From NCBI GenBank assembly GCA_963676565.1, contig OY781089.1, positions 1 to 64,000 of the forward strand: a stretch of DNA of 64,000 nt, in the 5' to 3' direction. The notes beneath the pieces were generated by a model that was not told where the DNA came from, searched no databases, and saw only the letters and a list, made by a program, of their open reading frames with translations. This document shows positions 58,071-64,000 of the stretch, in pieces. This stretch comes from Halarcobacter sp. Its GTDB lineage: Bacteria; Campylobacterota; Campylobacteria; Campylobacterales; Arcobacteraceae. Each line of letters starts with the position of its first letter. Within the stretch, counting starts at the first letter, position 1. Made by a program: the position numbers and the translations under genes.

Positions 58071-60665
58071 ATGACAAACGAAAAATATCTTAAAGACCTT
58101 GATGGTGTTGATGGTGTTAAATTTTACGATGTTAAAGCAGCGGTTGAAGATATTCAAGCTGGTTCATTTGAAAAATTAAACTATACTTCAAGAGTTTTAG
58201 CAGAGAACTTAATTAGAAAGTGTCCTAGTGAAGATTTAGAAGATTCATTAGTTCAATTAATTGAAAAAAGAACAGACAAAGATTTCCCTTGGTATCCATC
58301 AAGAGTTATTTGTCACGATATCTTAGGATTAACTGCATTTGTTGACTTAGCAGGATTAAGAGAAGCAGTTGCAGAAAAAGGTGGAAACCCAGATAAAGTA
58401 AATCCAGTAGTTCCTACTCAACTTATCGTTGACCACTCATTAGCAGTAGAGTGTGGTGGATTTGATCCAGATGCATTCCAAAAAAATAGAGATATTGAAG
58501 ATAGAAGAAATGCAGATAGATTCCACTTTATTAACTGGACAAAAGAAGCATTTAATAATGTAGATGTTATTCCTCCAGGTAATGGTATTATGCACCAAAT
58601 CAACCTTGAAAAAATGTCTCCAGTAGTTCACTTAAATGATGGAATTGCTAGTCCAGATACATTAGTTGGTACTGACTCACATACTCCACACGTTGATGCA
58701 CTTGGTGTTATTGCAGTTGGTGTTGGTGGATTAGAAGCTGAAAATGTAATGCTTGGAAACCCATCTTATATGAGAGTTCCTGAAATCATTGGTGTTGAAA
58801 TAGTTGGAGATAGAGCTCCTGGAATTACAGCAACTGATATTGCACTTTCTATGACTTCATTCTTAAGAGAAAACAATGTAATTTCAGCTTACTTAGAGTT
58901 CTTTGGACCTGGTATTAAATACCTTAACTTAGGTGATAGAGCAACTATTGCAAATATGACTCCTGAGTATGGTGCATCTGCTGGTATGTTCGCTATTGAT
59001 GAACAAACTATTTCTTACTTAAGAGTAACTGGTAGAGAAGAAAAACAATGTCAACTAGTAGAAGCTTATGCTAAAGCTAATGGTTTATGGGCAGATCAAT
59101 TTGAAAATGCTACATATGCTAGAACAATTCAATTTGACTTATCTAAAGTAACTAGATCTTTAGCAGGTCCTTCTAAACCTCACAAATTAGTTCCAACTTC
59201 AACTTTAAAAGAAGAAGGTATTGTAAAAGAGTGGACTCAAGAAGGTGATTTAATTCCAGATGGTGGTATTTTAATTGCGGCTATTACTTCTTGTACAAAT
59301 ACTTCAAATCCAAGAAATGTTATTGCTGCTGGATTACTAGCTAAAAAAGCAAATGAGCTAGGTCTATCTAGAAAGCCATGGGTTAAGTCTTCATTAGCAC
59401 CAGGTTCAAAAGTAATTGAAGTTTACTTAAAAGAAGCTGGATTATTACCAGAGATGGAAAAATTAGGATTTGGTGTAGTTGGTTTTGCATGTACTACTTG
59501 TAATGGTATGTCTGGTGCACTTGATCCAAAAATCCAACAAGAAGTAATTGATAGAGATATATACTCAACTGCTGTACTTTCTGGTAACAGAAACTTTGAT
59601 GGAAGAATCCACCCATACGTAAAAGAAGCATTCTTAGCATCTCCTGCATTAGTTGTTGCATATGCATTAGCTGGTACTGTTAGATTTGATATTGAAAATG
59701 ATTCTTTAGGTAAAGATAAAGATGGTAACGATATTAAATTAGCTGATTTATGGCCATCTGATGAGGAAATTGATGCAATTGAAAAAGAATTCGTTAGACC
59801 AGAAATGTATAATGCTATTTATGATCCAATGTTTGCAAGAGATGGAATTGCTGGAGTTAAAGTAGAACCATTCTATAAATGGAATCCAAACTCAACATAT
59901 ATTAACAAACCACCTTATTGGGAAGATGAATATATGCAAATGCCAGCATTAAAAGGTATGAGACCATTAGGTGTATTCCCTGATAATATCACTACTGACC
60001 ACTTATCACCATCAAATGCTATCTTACCAGATTCAGCTTCTGGAGAATATTGTATCTCTAAAGGTCTTCCAATCCCTGACCTTAACTCTTATGCAACGCA
60101 CAGAGGGGATCACAATACAGCTTCTAGAGCAACATTAGCAAATCCAAAACTATTTAACGAAATGGTTAAAGATGAAAATGGAAATGTTAAACAAGGTTCA
60201 TTAACTAAGATTATGCCAGAAGGTAAAGAATCTAGAATGTGGGAAGCTATTGAAGAGTATAACAATAGAAAACAACCACTTATTATCATTGCTGGTACTA
60301 ACTATGGTCAAGGTTCATCAAGAGACTGGGCTGCAAAAGGTGTACGTCTAGCTGGTGTTGAAGTTTTAATCGCTGAGTCAATTGAAAGAATCCACAGAAC
60401 TAACTTAGTTGGAATGGGTGTATTACCATTACAATTTAAAGAGGGTGATACTAGATTTACTTATGAAATTGATGGAAGTGAAACTTTTGATATCGAAGGT
60501 GAAATTACTCCTAGATGTGACTTAACTGTTGTTATGACTAGAGCAAATGGTGAAGTTGTTAAATTCGATGTTTTATGTAGACTAGATACTTCTGCTGAAG
60601 TTGAAGTTTATAAAAACGGTGGTATTTTACAAAAATTCGCTAAAGATGTTGTTGCTGAAGGTTAA
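58071..60665 (+). CDS. acnD: Fe/S-dependent 2-methylisocitrate dehydratase
   Basis: RVICHDILG (AcnD-type), DHSL, AAITSCTNTSNP, ACTTCNGMSG, GSSRDWAAKG; lies between prpC and prpF. Confidence 0.93.
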   Translation: MTNEKYLKDLDGVDGVKFYDVKAAVEDIQAGSFEKLNYTSRVLAENLIRKCPSEDLEDSLVQLIEKRTDKDFPWYPSRVICHDILGLTAFVDLAGLREAVAEKGGNPDKVNPVVPTQLIVDHSLAVECGGFDPDAFQKNRDIEDRRNADRFHFINWTKEAFNNVDVIPPGNGIMHQINLEKMSPVVHLNDGIASPDTLVGTDSHTPHVDALGVIAVGVGGLEAENVMLGNPSYMRVPEIIGVEIVGDRAPGITATDIALSMTSFLRENNVISAYLEFFGPGIKYLNLGDRATIANMTPEYGASAGMFAIDEQTISYLRVTGREEKQCQLVEAYAKANGLWADQFENATYARTIQFDLSKVTRSLAGPSKPHKLVPTSTLKEEGIVKEWTQEGDLIPDGGILIAAITSCTNTSNPRNVIAAGLLAKKANELGLSRKPWVKSSLAPGSKVIEVYLKEAGLLPEMEKLGFGVVGFACTTCNGMSGALDPKIQQEVIDRDIYSTAVLSGNRNFDGRIHPYVKEAFLASPALVVAYALAGTVRFDIENDSLGKDKDGNDIKLADLWPSDEEIDAIEKEFVRPEMYNAIYDPMFARDGIAGVKVEPFYKWNPNSTYINKPPYWEDEYMQMPALKGMRPLGVFPDNITTDHLSPSNAILPDSASGEYCISKGLPIPDLNSYATHRGDHNTASRATLANPKLFNEMVKDENGNVKQGSLTKIMPEGKESRMWEAIEEYNNRKQPLIIIAGTNYGQGSSRDWAAKGVRLAGVEVLIAESIERIHRTNLVGMGVLPLQFKEGDTRFTYEIDGSETFDIEGEITPRCDLTVVMTRANGEVVKFDVLCRLDTSAEVEVYKNGGILQKFAKDVVAEG

Positions 60666-60690
60666 TAAACCTTTTTATCAATATCTATAA

Positions 60691-60714
60691 TTTTAGGGCA
60701 CTTTTGCCCTAAAA
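60691..60714 (+). terminator. Hairpin between acnD and prpF
   Basis: TTTTAGGGCA-CTTT-TGCCCTAAAA; weak U tract. Confidence 0.5.
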
Positions 60715-60779
60715 TATTAAATTTTTTCTAAAAAATCTTATTGATTTTTTAGTAAGAATTTATAATAAGGGAAAAGATT

Positions 60780-61955
60780 ATGGCTTACAAACCGCAATTT
60801 AAAGTAAAAGCTACATATATGAGAGGTGGAACTTCTAAAGGAACATTTTTCAATATTGCAGATTTACCTGAAGAAGCAAAACAAGATCCAAGAAAAAGAG
60901 ATAAATTATTACAAAGAATCGTAGGATCTCCAGATTTGTATAAAAAACAAATTGATGGTATGGGTGGAGCAACTTCATCTACTTCAAAAGCTATTTTAGT
61001 TGGAAAATCTGATGTTCCAAATCACGATGTTGATTACTATTTTTGCCAAGTAGCTATTGATAAAGACTTTGTTGATATGAGTGGAAACTGTGGAAACTTA
61101 TCAAGTGCTGTTGGTCCTTTTGCTATACATGAGGGATTAGTAGATAATGTACCTGAGAATGGAGTTTGTTGTGTAAGAATTTGGCAAGCAAACATCAAAA
61201 AAACTATTCTATGTTATGTAACAATGGAAAATGGAATGGTTAAAGAGATGGGTGATTACGAGATTGATGGAGTTGCCTTTCCAGCAGAAGAGATTGTTTT
61301 AGAATTTGTTGAGCCAGTTGATCCATCTGAAGAGTTATTTCCAACTGGTAATTTAGTAGATGATTTAGAGGTTCCTGGTGTTGGAACTTTTAAAGCTACT
61401 ATGATAACTGCTGGTATTCCAACTGTATTTGTAAATGCAGATGAAATTGGATATAAAGGAACAGAACTTCAAGGTGATATTAACTCTGATGTTGAAGCAC
61501 TTGAGAGATTTGAAAAAATTAGAATTGCAGGTGCACTTAAAATGGGCGTTATGAAAAGTGCAGAAGATGCATTAACTCAACAACATACACCAAAAATTGC
61601 ATTTGTTTCACCTCCACAAGATTTTACTACTTCAAGTGGAAAGGAAGTAAAAGCTGATGAGATGGATTTACATGTAAGAGCATTATCTATGCAACAACTT
61701 CACCATGCTATGATGGGAACTGCTTCAGTTGCAATTGGAGTTGCAGCTTGTGTTCCTGGAACTTTAGTAAATATTGCTGCAGGTGGGGGAGAAAAAGATT
61801 CTGTTACTTTTGGACATCCAAGTGGAGCTATTAAAGTTGGTGCAACACTATCTAAAGATGGTGATAAATATATTGTTGAAAAAGCTAGTATGAGTAGAAG
61901 TGCTAGAATTATCATGGATGGGAATGTTCATGTTCCTGCTGGGACTATGGATTAA
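60780..61955 (+). CDS. prpF: 2-methylaconitate cis-trans isomerase
   Basis: MRGGTSKG, QIDGMGG..SSTSK, NCGN, HHAMMGT, GHPSG, RSAR. Confidence 0.95.
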   Translation: MAYKPQFKVKATYMRGGTSKGTFFNIADLPEEAKQDPRKRDKLLQRIVGSPDLYKKQIDGMGGATSSTSKAILVGKSDVPNHDVDYYFCQVAIDKDFVDMSGNCGNLSSAVGPFAIHEGLVDNVPENGVCCVRIWQANIKKTILCYVTMENGMVKEMGDYEIDGVAFPAEEIVLEFVEPVDPSEELFPTGNLVDDLEVPGVGTFKATMITAGIPTVFVNADEIGYKGTELQGDINSDVEALERFEKIRIAGALKMGVMKSAEDALTQQHTPKIAFVSPPQDFTTSSGKEVKADEMDLHVRALSMQQLHHAMMGTASVAIGVAACVPGTLVNIAAGGGEKDSVTFGHPSGAIKVGATLSKDGDKYIVEKASMSRSARIIMDGNVHVPAGTMD

Positions 61956-61991
61956 TTTATAAACTTTTAACAAAAATAATTTTAATCACTA

Positions 61992-62023
61992 AAGGAAGGG
62001 TATTTTTTACTTTTCCTTTTTTT
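61992..62023 (+). terminator. Terminator after prpF
   Basis: AAGGAAGGGTA-loop-TACTTTTCCTT, then a T run. Confidence 0.6.
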
Positions 62024-62037
62024 ATTTAACTTATTGA

Positions 62038-62067
62038 TACCCTTTTAATACTATCTTACACTATAAT
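62038..62067 (+). promoter_or_regulatory. Promoter of the SCO-chemoreceptor operon with the same repeat spacing
   Basis: TACC-N7-TACT-N9-TATAAT. Confidence 0.45.
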
Positions 62068-62096
62068 TATGTTAATATATGAAAGGGGAGACTATT

Positions 62097-62672
62097 ATGT
62101 CTAAAACAAAAATAATTTTTGGTATATTTTTAATAACTTTAATGTTATCGACACTTTTGTTTACAGCATTCCCTTCTCTTTATTCTAATAATGAAACTGG
62201 GAAGATATATAAACAAGTTGATACAAATTTTAATTTTTTAAAAAATGAAGACTCTGAATATGTACTACTTTATTTTGGTTATGTTGGTTGTACAACAATT
62301 TGTTCACCTGCATTAAATGAGATTAGCCAAATATACAAAAAACTTGATAAAAATAAATTTACTTTCTATTTTGTAAATTTACAAGAAAATATACCAAAAG
62401 AGAATGTTGATTTATTTGCAAAAGTTTTTGATGAAGACTTTACAGGAATTTATCTAAATAATCAAGAGATAAAAAAAATAATAAATACACTTAATATAAA
62501 ATTTGTACCTTCAATGTTAGATAAATATGAAATTGACCATTCAGGTTTTTTACATGTTTTAAAAAAAGAAGAGAACAATATATATCAACAAAAGTTTATT
62601 TATACAACAAGACCACTTCAAATTGAAGAAATAATTAAAGATTTAAATAATACAAAAGGAGCGTCATCATGA
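62097..62672 (+). CDS. SCO/SenC-family membrane-anchored copper-binding protein
   Basis: N-terminal [15 protein letters not shown] (CxxxC), YEIDHSG His; ATG 62097 after GGGGAG. Confidence 0.85.
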   Translation: MSKTKIIFGIFLITLMLSTLLFTAFPSLYSNNETGKIYKQVDTNFNFLKNEDSEYVLLYFGYVGCTTICSPALNEISQIYKKLDKNKFTFYFVNLQENIPKENVDLFAKVFDEDFTGIYLNNQEIKKIINTLNIKFVPSMLDKYEIDHSGFLHVLKKEENNIYQQKFIYTTRPLQIEEIIKDLNNTKGASS

Positions 62673-64000
62673 TAAAAATATTTTTTCCATTTTTGGATAA
62701 AAGTTTACCACAAAAGGTTCAGGAGAGTTTAGCAGAAGACTATAGAAATGCTGACAAAATCATGCTTATAGTTTCGTTTATAAGCTTTTTACTAGTAGCT
62801 GGCGTAACATCGTATAGTAATGGTACTTATTTTATAGGTCTTGTTGGTGGAGGGATAACATTTGTATCAACTTTTATAGCATATAAAATATTTAGAGGTA
62901 CAGTATTATCTCGTATTATATTTGGTACAGCCTTTGTAATATATCCTGCTATCATGATTTCACAACAACTAGGTATGATTGAGATGCACTTCTTCTTTTT
63001 TGTATATGTTGCTGCATTTGTTGTATATAAAGATATTACTGCAATGATGGCAATGACAGCGGTAACAGGTGTGCATCACCTTTTATTTACCTACTTACAA
63101 CTAAATGGTGTTTCAATTATGGGTAAAGAAATTATACTTATGAGTACTAATTGTAGTTGGTTATTTACATTTATTCATATTTTTGTATTTTTAATAGAAC
63201 TTATAATTTTAATTTATGCAGTTTATACGCTAATTAATCAATTTATTCAAGCTAAGACATTACAATTTGAATCGGCTGAAGCATTTGAAAGATTAGAAGA
63301 AACAACTTTATTGAATAAAAAAATTATTGATGAAACTATTGATGTGGCAAATAGTGTAAATTCTGGTGTTTTAACAGCAAGAGTACAAAGTGATACAAAA
63401 GATGAAAATATAAAAGCATTAAAAGATATTATAAATGATATGATGAATAATCTTGAAAGAAAAATTGCATCTGATTTAAATGAAATTACATCAGTCTTAC
63501 AAGAATTTACAAATAACAACTTCACTTCAAAAATAAATTCAAAAGGTGAACTTGCGCAGAACCTTAATATTCTTGCTGATGTGATTACAAATATGCTTAT
63601 TGAAAATAAAGAAAATGGTTTAACTCTTCAAAGTAGTGCATCAATGCTTTCATCAAATGTAAATAATCTTAATACATCATCAAATACTGCAGCAGCCTCA
63701 TTGGAAGAAACAGCCGCAGCAGTAGAAGAGATAACATCAATTATTAAAACAAATAATGAAAAAGTAAATAGAATGTCTATTTTGGCAAATGATTTAAATA
63801 AATCAGCACGTGATGGAGAAAGTTTAGCAACTAAAACAACTTCAGCTATGGATGATATTGATACACAAGTTCAAGCTATCAATGATGCAATTACTGTTAT
63901 TGATCAAATTGCTTTCCAAACAAATATTCTATCTTTAAATGCAGCAGTTGAAGCAGCAACAGCAGGGGAAGCTGGAAAAGGATTTGCAGTTGTAGCCCAA
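62669..64000 (+). CDS. Methyl-accepting chemotaxis protein with multi-TM membrane sensor; 3'-truncated by the window edge (not in the ORF track)
   Basis: Translated by hand from ATG 62669 (ATGA overlap with SCO): several TM segments with [23 protein letters not shown]; ends [33 protein letters not shown]. Confidence 0.92.
   Translation, partial: MIKIFFPFLDKSLPQKVQESLAEDYRNADKIMLIVSFISFLLVAGVTSYSNGTYFIGLVGGGITFVSTFIAYKIFRGTVLSRIIFGTAFVIYPAIMISQQLGMIEMHFFFFVYVAAFVVYKDITAMMAMTAVTGVHHLLFTYLQLNGVSIMGKEIILMSTNCSWLFTFIHIFVFLIELIILIYAVYTLINQFIQAKTLQFESAEAFERLEETTLLNKKIIDETIDVANSVNSGVLTARVQSDTKDENIKALKDIINDMMNNLERKIASDLNEITSVLQEFTNNNFTSKINSKGELAQNLNILADVITNMLIENKENGLTLQSSASMLSSNVNNLNTSSNTAAASLEETAAAVEEITSIIKTNNEKVNRMSILANDLNKSARDGESLATKTTSAMDDIDTQVQAINDAITVIDQIAFQTNILSLNAAVEAATAGEAGKGFAVVAQ

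Noticed and set aside
690..63525. Short antisense or overlapping ORFs in the track (e.g. 690..890, 10024..10350, 37406..37798, 43257..43682, 45111..45389, 63247..63525)
   Set aside because: They lie opposite or inside well-supported genes, with no motifs or ribosome-binding sites; treated as shadow frames
1..64000. tRNA, rRNA, known riboswitches, prophage or IS elements
   Set aside because: No such signature seen by eye; intergenic regions are short and AT-rich, but tRNAscan and Rfam were not run

Overview
AT-rich chromosomal window from a Campylobacterota bacterium, most likely Arcobacteraceae (inferred from protein content and gene order). No rRNA, tRNA, CRISPR array, transposase or prophage was seen. 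Order: end of the nuo operon (nuoH-N); Wolinella-type fumarate reductase frdCAB; a dynamin-like GTPase pair; a ~22 kb accessory block; sucCD; housekeeping and transport genes (PhyH, tex, ridA, Nudix, LysE, MarC, polar amino-acid ABC importer, EamA, clostridial-type Fe-ADH, glycosyltransferase); thyA-folA; a TetR gene; an XRE-like regulator divergent from prpB-prpC-acnD-prpF; and a SCO gene overlapping a His-rich multi-TM chemoreceptor that runs off the window. The accessory block appears built around succinic semialdehyde. It holds a ThDP decarboxylase plus ALDH, three signalling proteins, an FMN glutamate-synthase-like protein, gabT, a TRAP transporter, Fe-ADH, USP, DMT, GNAT, a nucleotide-identical second ALDH copy and a second DctP. 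Strongest observations: (1) this putative GABA/2-oxoglutarate-to-succinate island, with a 1,386-bp direct repeat and a shared promoter motif; (2) an unannotated 30-aa membrane peptide gene behind three palindromic operators next to the TetR gene, whose terminator overlaps its stop codon upstream of a T4-like thyA; (3) the SCO-chemoreceptor pair. Functions are inferred from motifs and recalled family knowledge; no searches were run.
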